Source: a virus. Taken from it: 64,000 nt of DNA. Shown here piece by piece: positions 44,604 through 52,779 of the stretch. The notes beneath the pieces were generated by a model. The model searched no databases, had not been told where the DNA came from, and saw only the letters and a list, made by a program, of their open reading frames with translations. The DNA lies in the IMG/VR virus record IMGVR_UViG_3300045988_138690, positions 4,322 to 68,321 of that record, one strand, 5' to 3'. Both the position numbers and the translations under genes were made by a program. Within the stretch, counting starts at the first letter, position 1; every line of letters starts with the position of its first letter.

Positions 44604-44897
44604 ATGTGTAAGTCAGAAATCTTTGCCGAAACAATCAATCTCGTCTCCCGTGAGACTGAAATTCCTGTTAACCAAATACTTTCTTCAAAGAAGGATACGG
44701 AAACGGTTGATGCCCGCTATCTCCTTGTTTCCCTTCTTTCCGACAGGGGTATGTATCCGTCACAGATAGCCTCTCACATCAATAAGACCAAACGTGCGGT
44801 GAACTACATGATTACCAATTTCCGTATGCGTATGGAAAGTGGGAAAATGTTGAGAATATATTGGGAAAACATTAGGAAATCGTTGGGAAGCAACTGA
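44604..44897 (+). CDS. DnaA C-terminal-like HTH protein
   Basis: ILSSKKDTETVDARYLLVSLLSDRGMYPSQIASHINKTKRAVNYMI resembles the DnaA domain IV pattern. Confidence 0.45.
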   Translation: MCKSEIFAETINLVSRETEIPVNQILSSKKDTETVDARYLLVSLLSDRGMYPSQIASHINKTKRAVNYMITNFRMRMESGKMLRIYWENIRKSLGSN

Positions 44898-44920
44898 TTT
44901 TTTGATAGTTATCGTATATA

Positions 44921-44946
44921 TACTTTTGTAAACGGTCATATGACCG
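44921..44946 (+). promoter_or_regulatory. -7 box TACTTTTG plus a perfect 14-bp palindrome CGGTCATATGACCG
   Basis: Box at 44921-44928 and palindrome at 44933-44946, covering the expected transcription start 19 nt before the ATG at 44965. Confidence 0.5.
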
Positions 44947-44964
44947 GAATAAAAAGTATATATT

Positions 44965-45927
44965 ATGAGCGAAACAAAAACGTATGTGTTTCCTGAAAGT
45001 GGAAACAATGGCGGTGGTGGCATGATGGCGATGCTTGCTCCACTGTTGCAGCAGAAGGGCATAGATCCTAATCTGCTTGTTGCCATGAACGGCCGTAACA
45101 ATAACGGCTTCGGTGGAGAGGGTTCATGGTTTATCTGGGTGATTTTCTTGTTCTTCCTCATGGGATGGGGTAACAACGGATGGGGAAATGGCGGTTTCGG
45201 TGGTGGCAATGGTGCAGCCGGCATACCCAATTTGATTAACAATGACGCAGGAAGGGAATTGTTAATGAGCGCTATCCAAGGTAACGGACAAGCCATAAAC
45301 AACCTGGCTACAAACCTTAACTGTTCAATCGGTCAAGTCCAACAGGCTATCAATGGCGTAATGTCACAAATCCAACAGGTAGGTAACCAGGTAGGACAAA
45401 GTTCAATGCAGATAATAAACGCTATCCAATCCGGCAACTGTCAGATTGCACAACAAATTGCGTCTTGTTGCTGCGAGAACCGCCTTGCGATTTGCCAACA
45501 GACCAACACGCTTCAAAATGCCATCAACGGTGTGGCTACCGGACAGGAGAGGGGATTTGCATCCGTGGCTTATGAGACACAGCGCCAGACTTGCGACCTT
45601 CAAAACTCCATTAAGGACAGTACACAGCAAATTCTTGCCGGACAACGTGCTGCTGAGATGCGTGAGATGCAGAACAAGATCGACAAGCTTCGTGAGGAGA
45701 ACAGCAATTACAAGACATCTGCCATGACTTCTCAGATTGTAGGTCAGGCAACAGCCCCACTTGGAGCAGCTTTGAGCGATTTAAGCTCTCGTCTTGCCAA
45801 GATCGAGTGTGCCCAACCTCCCACATTCCCGATGCCGTATTGTCCTGCAAGTGGGAATTACGTGCCGGTGAACTATTCTGTTCCTGTTAATTTCGGTGTA
45901 TCTACATTGGGAACTTGCGGTTGCTAA
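44965..45927 (+). CDS. G/N/Q/C-rich membrane protein of unknown function (320 aa)
   Basis: Gly-Asn-Trp-rich N-terminus flanking a TM helix (WFIWVIFLFFLMGW), a long Q/N-rich helical region with CCC, and a Cys-rich C-terminus ...GTCGC. Confidence 0.65.
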   Translation: MSETKTYVFPESGNNGGGGMMAMLAPLLQQKGIDPNLLVAMNGRNNNGFGGEGSWFIWVIFLFFLMGWGNNGWGNGGFGGGNGAAGIPNLINNDAGRELLMSAIQGNGQAINNLATNLNCSIGQVQQAINGVMSQIQQVGNQVGQSSMQIINAIQSGNCQIAQQIASCCCENRLAICQQTNTLQNAINGVATGQERGFASVAYETQRQTCDLQNSIKDSTQQILAGQRAAEMREMQNKIDKLREENSNYKTSAMTSQIVGQATAPLGAALSDLSSRLAKIECAQPPTFPMPYCPASGNYVPVNYSVPVNFGVSTLGTCGC

Positions 45928-45941
45928 GAAAGGAGGTAATT

Positions 45942-46448
45942 ATGTTATATCCTAACTTAATGTATCCTTATTGGCTTCCAAGCCCTTTTCTGATGAACCT
46001 CTCCGCAAGGGGGATTAGACGGATTGACATTAACGGTATCTATGAACTTTCGACGAATGCCGTCCAGTTGACAGACGCAAGCGTAGATTATGGCATTAAT
46101 CCTTCCTGCTACAATGCGTTGCCATGTGAAAGCATAATTCTTTTAAAAGTTCATGCCGATGTACCGGCTGGTGGTGAAGCATTACCTGTATACGTAATAA
46201 CCCCTAACATGGGTCAGACTACACTGGCTACTGCCGGGGTTACTTCCGGCACATCGAAAGTTCCTGTTGTGGATAGCAATAACAATCCGGTCACCGGTAC
46301 TGATGTCACAGGTACTACGGAACGCCTTGCTTATTTGAATAAGCGCACAGGTGTTATACGTTTTCTGGAATTTACCGCTTCAACACCTACTGCCGCCAGT
46401 AATGACGCTCCGTCGGTAGCAAGCGTAAATGTCACAAAGTCAAAGTAA
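45942..46448 (+). CDS. Hypothetical protein (168 aa)
   Basis: AAGGAGG lies 5 nt upstream of the ATG. Same operon. Confidence 0.6.
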   Translation: MLYPNLMYPYWLPSPFLMNLSARGIRRIDINGIYELSTNAVQLTDASVDYGINPSCYNALPCESIILLKVHADVPAGGEALPVYVITPNMGQTTLATAGVTSGTSKVPVVDSNNNPVTGTDVTGTTERLAYLNKRTGVIRFLEFTASTPTAASNDAPSVASVNVTKSK

Positions 46449-46494
46449 AAACAATGGGCGGGAGAAATCCCGCTCCTTAAAGAGTTAATTAATT

Positions 46495-47028
46495 ATGCCT
46501 TTTCAGAATTTAAGAGTAAACAGCGAGTTCTTTGTCCTTCATAAGGACGGCACTCCTTATATTGAAGTAGGTTCCGTTGTCGGGGTTTCCAATCCTGTAC
46601 AGGAGTTTATGCAGCAGCCAGTCCCTTATGGGCAACCTCCAAGGATGGTAGTTGACGTAACAATCAAGGTAGGGGAACAAACGGTTACTTTCCAGAAGAT
46701 ACCTGCAATGTCTGACATTGCCGATGCGAACTTTCCCGGAGGTGGTAACATGGTCATATCAGGCTCAAGGGAGTCCATGAATGCGGAAGTTGCCGCCATG
46801 CGTAACCGTTCCTCTGAAATATTGGGTAAAGTAGATTACCACCGTTCAGTGATGGAGGCATGTGACAACATGCTCCAGATCCTTAATCCGGAATTGGCTG
46901 AACGCCAGCGTCAGGATGCTGAGAATAAAGCCCTAAGGAAGGAGCTTAGTGAACTGAAGGCGATGATGGCTGATTTCTTCAAATCTTCTGATAAGGCATC
47001 TGGTAATAACAATTCTAAAAAACAATAG
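46495..47028 (+). CDS. Hypothetical protein with a C-terminal coiled coil (177 aa)
   Basis: ORF in the same operon. Confidence 0.6.
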   Translation: MPFQNLRVNSEFFVLHKDGTPYIEVGSVVGVSNPVQEFMQQPVPYGQPPRMVVDVTIKVGEQTVTFQKIPAMSDIADANFPGGGNMVISGSRESMNAEVAAMRNRSSEILGKVDYHRSVMEACDNMLQILNPELAERQRQDAENKALRKELSELKAMMADFFKSSDKASGNNNSKKQ

Positions 47029-47029
47029 T

Positions 47030-47317
47030 ATGATGATGATTGAAATTTCCGAAAGCAAGGTCGAGAAAATGTCCGACTATGCGGAAAAGATGCTTCGCTA
47101 CGGCGGCAAGCTCATGCAGTGCATAGAGGAGCTTTCCGAAGGCGAGGGTATGGGCGAACGCCGGGATGATGACCGTTATTATGACGACGACCGTTATTAT
47201 GACGAGGAAAACATGGGCGAACGCGGTGGCTACGGTGGCGGCTCAGGCCGTGGAGGTAGTGGTATGGGACAGAGACGTGGAGTCCGTGGAACCGGGCGTT
47301 ATTCCCGTTACCGTTAA
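47030..47317 (+). CDS. Bipartite acidic / RGG-rich protein (95 aa)
   Basis: DDDRYYDDDRYYDEE followed by GERGGYGGGSGRGGSGMGQRRGVRGTGRYSRYR. Confidence 0.55.
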   Translation: MMMIEISESKVEKMSDYAEKMLRYGGKLMQCIEELSEGEGMGERRDDDRYYDDDRYYDEENMGERGGYGGGSGRGGSGMGQRRGVRGTGRYSRYR

Positions 47318-47364
47318 GTTTAACCGGGGAGGGCGCAAGCCCTCCCTGTAATCATTAAAAAATT

Positions 47365-47790
47365 ATGAGATACAGGGAACCTTTAGATATAAGAGATAAA
47401 AGACCTGAAGAAATGGAGGCATATTTGAGCAATTTCGGCTGGCACTTTAATAAAAAGATGTGCGACTTTGCCGTTTCTTTAATGAAAAGAATAAATCCGG
47501 CCACAGGTAAAAAGGAACGTATTGAACCTGTTTCAAAGGAAAAGGCAGAAGAACTTCTTACAAAATATGGAGTAAAGCTGGATAATAATTCACTTTATGA
47601 TTTCGTGTACGTAATCAATATGGGTAAAGCCGACTTTTTCAAATCCTCTATTCCTGATGAACAGCATCTTGCCATGTATGTCAAGGATGTGATTGATGAC
47701 CCTGACGCTCCAGACGGAACGACAATGCGTCGTTGGTATGCAACTATGATTGCGTCCGGTGAACCTATAGAATGGGACGAAATGGTATAA
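47365..47790 (+). CDS. Hypothetical protein (141 aa)
   Basis: ORF in the same operon. Confidence 0.6.
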   Translation: MRYREPLDIRDKRPEEMEAYLSNFGWHFNKKMCDFAVSLMKRINPATGKKERIEPVSKEKAEELLTKYGVKLDNNSLYDFVYVINMGKADFFKSSIPDEQHLAMYVKDVIDDPDAPDGTTMRRWYATMIASGEPIEWDEMV

Positions 47791-47793
47791 GGT

Positions 47794-48228
47794 ATGATAC
47801 GCCAACAGTTTACTCTTGAAAGGTATGACTGGAACGTCTCCGTATATTATGCCGTGGATGCCTATTATGTCAATGAAATAATAGACCGTATGTATTCTAT
47901 TGGATGTGACGGGGAAATGCTCCGTACAGCCTATGAGAATATGAGTTCGGGTAAAATGAATACCGGAGTCACATATTCCAACTTCCGGGACAGGGAAACG
48001 GTGATGGTTATAGCCATTACTTCCTCTTCAAAGGAGTTTGAGAAATCTTGGCGGCATGAGTGCGGGCATCTGGCTACCCACATATGCCAAGCGCTTGACA
48101 TAACCCCGTATGGAGAGGAAATCCAATATATCGGGGATGATATAGTGGAAAAAACGTGGAAGTGCGCTCACCCGTTGCTGTGTGAGTGTGACTGCTGCAA
48201 AAATAAAGTTAAACAATTAATAGATTAA
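47794..48228 (+). CDS. Small HExxH-motif protein (144 aa)
   Basis: WRHECGHLATH contains HExxH. The C-terminus is Cys-rich (CAHPLLCECDCC). Confidence 0.55.
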   Translation: MIRQQFTLERYDWNVSVYYAVDAYYVNEIIDRMYSIGCDGEMLRTAYENMSSGKMNTGVTYSNFRDRETVMVIAITSSSKEFEKSWRHECGHLATHICQALDITPYGEEIQYIGDDIVEKTWKCAHPLLCECDCCKNKVKQLID

Positions 48229-48232
48229 AGTT

Positions 48233-48499
48233 ATGTACCAAAATTCAAAAATTGAAGCAAGATGCGAGGCGGTCAGAATGGCTGCATGTGTAAAAGACGT
48301 TACGAGTGATAACTTACTCGAAATGGCTAAGAAGATAGAAAATTATATCGTGGGAGACATTGAGCTTCCGGATATTTATGACCCGAACGCCAATTTTAAG
48401 GAATTGGTAGAAAAAATATCTAATAGAGTTGTTGATGGAAATGAAAAAAGAACTCCTGGAGTTGAGCCTAATTTGATAAATACACTTGCAAATGCGTAG
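48233..48499 (+). CDS. Hypothetical protein (88 aa)
   Basis: ORF in the same operon. Confidence 0.5.
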   Translation: MYQNSKIEARCEAVRMAACVKDVTSDNLLEMAKKIENYIVGDIELPDIYDPNANFKELVEKISNRVVDGNEKRTPGVEPNLINTLANA

Positions 48500-48656
48500 T
48501 AAACAGATCAGAAAGGCATTGAAGAGCGACACCCCCATCAATAGCATGTACGCTCTTATCCCGGAGAGCAGGCGTGATGCTTTCAAACGTTTTGCCTCTT
48601 ACTTTGGTTTTACAGAAAACAATATTAAATCCATTTTATCAAATGAGAAACGATAG
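48492..48656 (+). CDS. Hypothetical small protein (54 aa)
   Basis: The ATG overlaps the previous stop. An imperfect hairpin follows at 48676-48714. Below the track cutoff. Confidence 0.3.
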   Translation: MRSKQIRKALKSDTPINSMYALIPESRRDAFKRFASYFGFTENNIKSILSNEKR

Positions 48657-48675
48657 GCTTGACATATTGATTGAA

Positions 48676-48714
48676 CAGACGGAAGACATCCCACATTGGA
48701 TGTTCTGCCGTCTG
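48676..48714. terminator. Imperfect hairpin between convergent transcription units
   Basis: CAGACGG...CCGTCTG outer stem and GACATCC/GGATGT inner stem. No clear T-run. Confidence 0.35.
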
Positions 48715-48768
48715 ATGGCTGTATTGCAATGGAACGTTTAGAACGTGTTGAACGGTTTGTTCATTGGA

Positions 48769-48951
48769 TTATACCGCTTGCTGTTTTGGCGAGGGTTGTC
48801 TCTTTGTTGTTGTAACTGTCTTTCCCCATATCATCGCATTATACAACGAAGCGGCATATAGTTTAACTTCTTCCTTGCTATCGAGGAATTCTACTTTTAA
48901 CGCAGCTCTCATAGCTTCCGTGTAAAGGTTCTTGTCTATCTTATCTTCCAT
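48769..48951 (-). CDS. Hypothetical protein (60 aa)
   Basis: Last ORF of the minus-strand early string. Confidence 0.4.
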   Translation of the reverse strand: MEDKIDKNLYTEAMRAALKVEFLDSKEEVKLYAASLYNAMIWGKTVTTTKRQPSPKQQAV

Positions 48952-49071
48952 ATAAATGTTCTATTTTTTAAATAAATATTGTTGTTGTCTCAAAAAATAC
49001 GGGTGTTATAATTTCTTTTATGTTCTATTTTTAATAAAACACAAAACATCCTTACATATATGTTGATACAA

Positions 49072-49515
49072 TCACCTGCATTTAACTTTAGTAAGCCCAT
49101 ATTTGGCAAGCTTCAGATATATTGTCCTGACGCTAACATTAAGCATTTCGGCTATTTTTCGGGGATGAATATTATCCTCTTTGTATAACTTGGTGATATT
49201 CTCTTCTGATAATGGGTCTATGAACGATTTATTAGGTTCATCTATTCCCAATCGCTTACGTGCCTTCCGGGCATATTCTTCGTTTTGCTTGTCTTTCGTT
49301 ACGTAGATTACGGTAATTTTATTAAGGCGAAGAGGAACCAAGTTCTTTTCAAACTGTTTGCGCTTCTCTATCAGGTGTTCCGCATCCCCGTTGACCGTTG
49401 TGTCTATCTTCTTGTATTGTTCAGGCAGACGGGCGTGTCTGTCTCTTAGTTTCTTTTCGGTTGCTCTCATGATTTTACTTCCACTTTTACCAAGTTCTGT
49501 ACTTCTTCTTCCCAA
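49072..49515 (-). CDS. Fis-type HTH protein
   Basis: C-terminal PRKIAEMLNVSVRTIYLKLAKYGL. Confidence 0.55.
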   Translation of the reverse strand: MGRRSTELGKSGSKIMRATEKKLRDRHARLPEQYKKIDTTVNGDAEHLIEKRKQFEKNLVPLRLNKITVIYVTKDKQNEEYARKARKRLGIDEPNKSFIDPLSEENITKLYKEDNIHPRKIAEMLNVSVRTIYLKLAKYGLTKVKCR

Positions 49516-49685
49516 ACGTCTCCCTCATTGCCTTCAAAGTCGAGATAAACCGTATCTTTAGGGCTTGGATTGTTGAAACTGGAAAGCAACCCTACTACCT
49601 GCATCGGTATTGAAAGTCGCTCTCCTTGTGGTGACGGGAGTTTTATTTTCACCCAGTCACCGATTCTTAAAGATGTTATTTTCAT
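49467..49685 (-). CDS. Hypothetical protein (72 aa)
   Basis: ORF in the early string. Confidence 0.45.
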   Translation of the reverse strand: MKITSLRIGDWVKIKLPSPQGERLSIPMQVVGLLSSFNNPSPKDTVYLDFEGNEGDVWEEEVQNLVKVEVKS

Positions 49686-50188
49686 TGATTTAATATCTTA
49701 ATTGCTCGTTCGACATCATTTTCTGACAATCCTAAATAGGTATCAGTCTTGATAAAATGTTCTGCTTGTTCAAGAAGCATATCGCTGTCATCGTCAAGTA
49801 TCACGTAATTGAAATCAATTCCAATTTCTTTATAGTTCCAGTTTTTACCGTTGTCAGAGTGAATATGGGTATCAATCCATTGCTTTATCTCAACTCCGCG
49901 AGGGATACCGAGATGAACACCTTGCATAACGTAGGCATACGCTTTTATAGTTACTCCAATAATCCTGTCAGCGTATGGAAATGGGAATGGTACTAATGGC
50001 CTTATAGTTGTCAATTCTCCTTTTGTATCTTCTACCGTATTTTTCCTCCACGATGAAGATATGATAATTTTAGCATCTGTCGCATCTATAATCTTCCCAA
50101 GTAAATCACACGCATCCTTATCAAGTGCATAATGAGACTTCTGCGTGGAAATAACTCCGTCTATATCAAGAAATATAATTTTCATCAT
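49682..50188 (-). CDS. HAD-superfamily phosphatase-like protein
   Basis: KIIFLDIDGVIS (DxDG motif I), IISSSWR (motif II), and ILDDDSD. Confidence 0.6.
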   Translation of the reverse strand: MMKIIFLDIDGVISTQKSHYALDKDACDLLGKIIDATDAKIIISSSWRKNTVEDTKGELTTIRPLVPFPFPYADRIIGVTIKAYAYVMQGVHLGIPRGVEIKQWIDTHIHSDNGKNWNYKEIGIDFNYVILDDDSDMLLEQAEHFIKTDTYLGLSENDVERAIKILNQ

Positions 50189-50342
50189 TTTATTATTCCA
50201 ATTTTATGATACCACTTATCCGCATGGCTGAACCATCCAAGCATGAACGGTTTGCCGAAAACAGTTACTTTGTAGAGTTTACTCATGTGTTAATTTGACT
50301 ATTAAAATCGTTAATAAATTTCCTTACTTGTAGGCTAAAACC

Positions 50343-50473
50343 TATATTTGTACCGCATTTGATTTGGAGCATTAACACCTCCAACCCGGCGAACTGTCAT
50401 TCGCCACCCCTCTTGTCCATTCTCCCTGAGAAAAGACATTTAAGCCCAATGTCCTGTAACTTTGGGCTTTTTT
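50343..50473 (+). ncRNA. Candidate about 115-nt sRNA with its own promoter and terminator
   Basis: TATATTTG box at 50343-50350, no ATG-initiated ORF, internal hairpins (GGCGAA/TTCGCC), and a terminator AAGCCCAA/TTGGGCTT plus T-run (50442-50473). Opposite strand to its neighbours. Confidence 0.45.
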
Positions 50474-50559
50474 AGTTGCACTTGACAGGGTGCAGCTTAA
50501 AGCTTGCTAATACAGGTTAGTAGGCAAAACGGAGAGGAGGTGTTATTGTGAAAAATCAA

Positions 50560-50682
50560 ATGCAAAATGAAAACGGCAAAACTCGTATTTTCTGTCGGTA
50601 TATCATAAGGAACGGTAAGCGGATATATCCAAAACATTCCAAATACTTTTCTTTCTTGGTAGATAGTAAGAAAGTGGCGTAA
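50560..50682 (+). CDS. Small basic protein (40-44 aa)
   Basis: GGAGAGGAGG upstream. MQNENGKTRIFCRYIIRNGKRIYPKHSKYFSFLVDSKKVA. Followed by a terminator. Confidence 0.35.
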   Translation: MQNENGKTRIFCRYIIRNGKRIYPKHSKYFSFLVDSKKVA

Positions 50683-50693
50683 TGCCGTTTTGA

Positions 50694-50718
50694 GGGGATG
50701 TACAGGCATCCCTTTTTT
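50694..50718 (+). terminator. Intrinsic terminator
   Basis: GGGATG/CATCCC stem plus T6. Confidence 0.7.
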
Positions 50719-50977
50719 ACTCGTATATTTCTTTACTTTTCAGTTTATCAAGGAACTTTTCATCTCCCGAATAGTCGGCACCGATAGCCTTTTTGCTTTC
50801 AACAATCTGTTCCAAAATGGTTATAGCTTCCTTTTTCACTTCTTCCACCTCGTTGTAACCGCAAGTATTGTCAATCAATCTTTCGATGTTTGATTTAGGT
50901 TTAGAAATCTGCTCGTTGAGTTTATTCAATCTCCAGTAGCAGAAATCAATGGTAGCGATGTGTTCCAGTTTATTCAT
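50717..50977 (-). CDS. Hypothetical protein (86 aa)
   Basis: ORF in the early string. Confidence 0.5.
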   Translation of the reverse strand: MNKLEHIATIDFCYWRLNKLNEQISKPKSNIERLIDNTCGYNEVEEVKKEAITILEQIVESKKAIGADYSGDEKFLDKLKSKEIYE

Positions 50978-51213
50978 TCCTTTTCAAATATTTCAATACA
51001 TTTCTTAACTCCATCGTTAAAACCCTGCTTATATCCTCTTGCATGTTCTCCGGTAGTATATACCACCATTGACAGCCAAAATATAAGGATACATGCCACC
51101 TTATACCAACCGGGTAGTGAGATAGAAAACGGCTTTAATGTTATTGTAAGTTCGCCAACCCATAATAGACCTGTTATGAATATAGCTGTAAATAAGATTG
51201 TTTTCATAGTCAA
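50974..51213 (-). CDS. Small membrane protein (79 aa)
   Basis: Two hydrophobic helices. Confidence 0.5.
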   Translation of the reverse strand: MTMKTILFTAIFITGLLWVGELTITLKPFSISLPGWYKVACILIFWLSMVVYTTGEHARGYKQGFNDGVKKCIEIFEKE

Positions 51214-51791
51214 TATCTTTTTCCGTTCAACATAGGTCTTAATTCATTGTACAACATTTTCTGATTGACATGCCATAGCAAATCCATGTTCAAATGTTTG
51301 GCGAGACCAAAGATAGCCAGTAACATGTAATTTAACTGTTCTTCAAATGAACAACCATATTCATATTCGTATCGTATAGGGATTGTAGAGATAGCATATA
51401 TGCTTTCTGTGAAGGTTTCACCATTGCAGCTTTCTGATAAATCATCTATTTCTTCTTCTGAAAATTCCTTGATATCTATCTTACGCAGTCCGCACAAGTC
51501 AAGCAGGCGTATAACTGCATCGGCAAGTTCATCCTCGATGGTATCTTTGATATATCTATTGAATACGTTGATAAACTTTTCTTCATTTGTTAGCCACCCT
51601 TGACACTCGGTATATTCACCGATCTTATGCTTTTCTTTATCAAAGTGTCTACTTTTTCTGTCCGATTCCACAGCTTCCATAAGCTCTGAAATGATAAGAC
51701 AAAGGTGGTGTTCGTTACTCAATTCTCTGTCGTGGAAACCGTGCTCGCAGGCGGTCTTATAAGCGCGATCGCGTAGTTCATTTAAATTCAT
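51210..51791 (-). CDS. MazG-like nucleotide pyrophosphohydrolase
   Basis: SELMEAVES and EDELADAVIRLLDL are the paired metal-binding helices typical of the MazG/all-alpha NTP-PPase fold. Confidence 0.55.
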   Translation of the reverse strand: MNLNELRDRAYKTACEHGFHDRELSNEHHLCLIISELMEAVESDRKSRHFDKEKHKIGEYTECQGWLTNEEKFINVFNRYIKDTIEDELADAVIRLLDLCGLRKIDIKEFSEEEIDDLSESCNGETFTESIYAISTIPIRYEYEYGCSFEEQLNYMLLAIFGLAKHLNMDLLWHVNQKMLYNELRPMLNGKRY

Positions 51792-51861
51792 GTTTTATAT
51801 TATTTAAATTATCTAACTCTTGTTTAATTAACTTGTCTATTTTATCGGCTTTCTCATACCG

Positions 51862-52074
51862 TTATTCTTCAACCAGCTTACTTTTCAGCCATTGAAGCTG
51901 ATTCATATAAATAACATCATCACGGTCTGAAACCCTACGGGTGTATTCCCTTATCTCATTCAGCTTGTCCTCCATGCGCCTATGCCATCTGCTTACCATG
52001 ATTAGGACAAATCCTAATGCAATGGCATTGAATAAAGAGATGGAGACTTTAATTATCAGTTCCACGGTTTCCAT
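51862..52074 (-). CDS. Small membrane protein (70 aa)
   Basis: One hydrophobic helix. Confidence 0.45.
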   Translation of the reverse strand: METVELIIKVSISLFNAIALGFVLIMVSRWHRRMEDKLNEIREYTRRVSDRDDVIYMNQLQWLKSKLVEE

Positions 52075-52082
52075 AATAAATT

Positions 52083-52778
52083 TTAATCAATCAGTTCAAA
52101 TTCGTAAACGAAGACATAGGGATTCGATTTCCATGTACCCTTGCAGGATATTCTGTCTATCAAAGCGGCAAATGCTTCTTGTGGTGTGTTCCCCGATAAA
52201 TGCAATACTCTGCCTGATTTGCACCTGTATGTGACGATATAGTAGTTCAGTTCTTTCTTTTTTCCGTCAGCTATAATAGCATACGATTTCATTGTTTTTA
52301 CACCTTCCTTGAAACAATCTTCATCGCTAATATTCTGTAGCTTTTCTATCTTAACGTCTGTAATGCGAACATGGTGGGGCATGAGGTCAGCGCGGACAAA
52401 CATTTTATTTTTCCAGCCGGGTGCGAATTTGGTTTTAGTATAAAATCCTATTCCGTCCTTATCATTAAGTGCGATTTCGGGATTCATCCCTAAACTTTCA
52501 TAACTTTGCGCAATGGCAACAACTTCACCGACTTTGTATTTTGGAATATTCCAACCCGTAAAGTCTCCTTTGTCGTTTTTCCAACCAAAAGCATAATTTA
52601 ATGGAGATACTATGTTCCCGTCATTATCGTAATCATTTGGTTCAAAAACGGGGAATACAATATCATAAGTTTCATTTGGTCTGTCATACTTGCAGACCCT
52701 TCTCGTCATAGTCTTCCGACCATCCAATACGGCTTGGGTTAAACCGTATTTATCATTAAACATTATTTTCTTAGCCAT
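52083..52778 (-). CDS. ASCH-domain-like protein
   Basis: N-terminal MFNDKYGLTQAVLDGRKTMTRRV pattern. Confidence 0.5.
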   Translation of the reverse strand: MAKKIMFNDKYGLTQAVLDGRKTMTRRVCKYDRPNETYDIVFPVFEPNDYDNDGNIVSPLNYAFGWKNDKGDFTGWNIPKYKVGEVVAIAQSYESLGMNPEIALNDKDGIGFYTKTKFAPGWKNKMFVRADLMPHHVRITDVKIEKLQNISDEDCFKEGVKTMKSYAIIADGKKKELNYYIVTYRCKSGRVLHLSGNTPQEAFAALIDRISCKGTWKSNPYVFVYEFELID

Positions 52779-52779
52779 A

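Noticed and set aside
50497-50893. Track ORFs 50497-50709 (-) and 50690-50893 (+)
   Set aside because: The first is antisense to a better-supported small ORF that has a strong RBS and terminator. The second is antisense to 50717-50977, which fits the operon.
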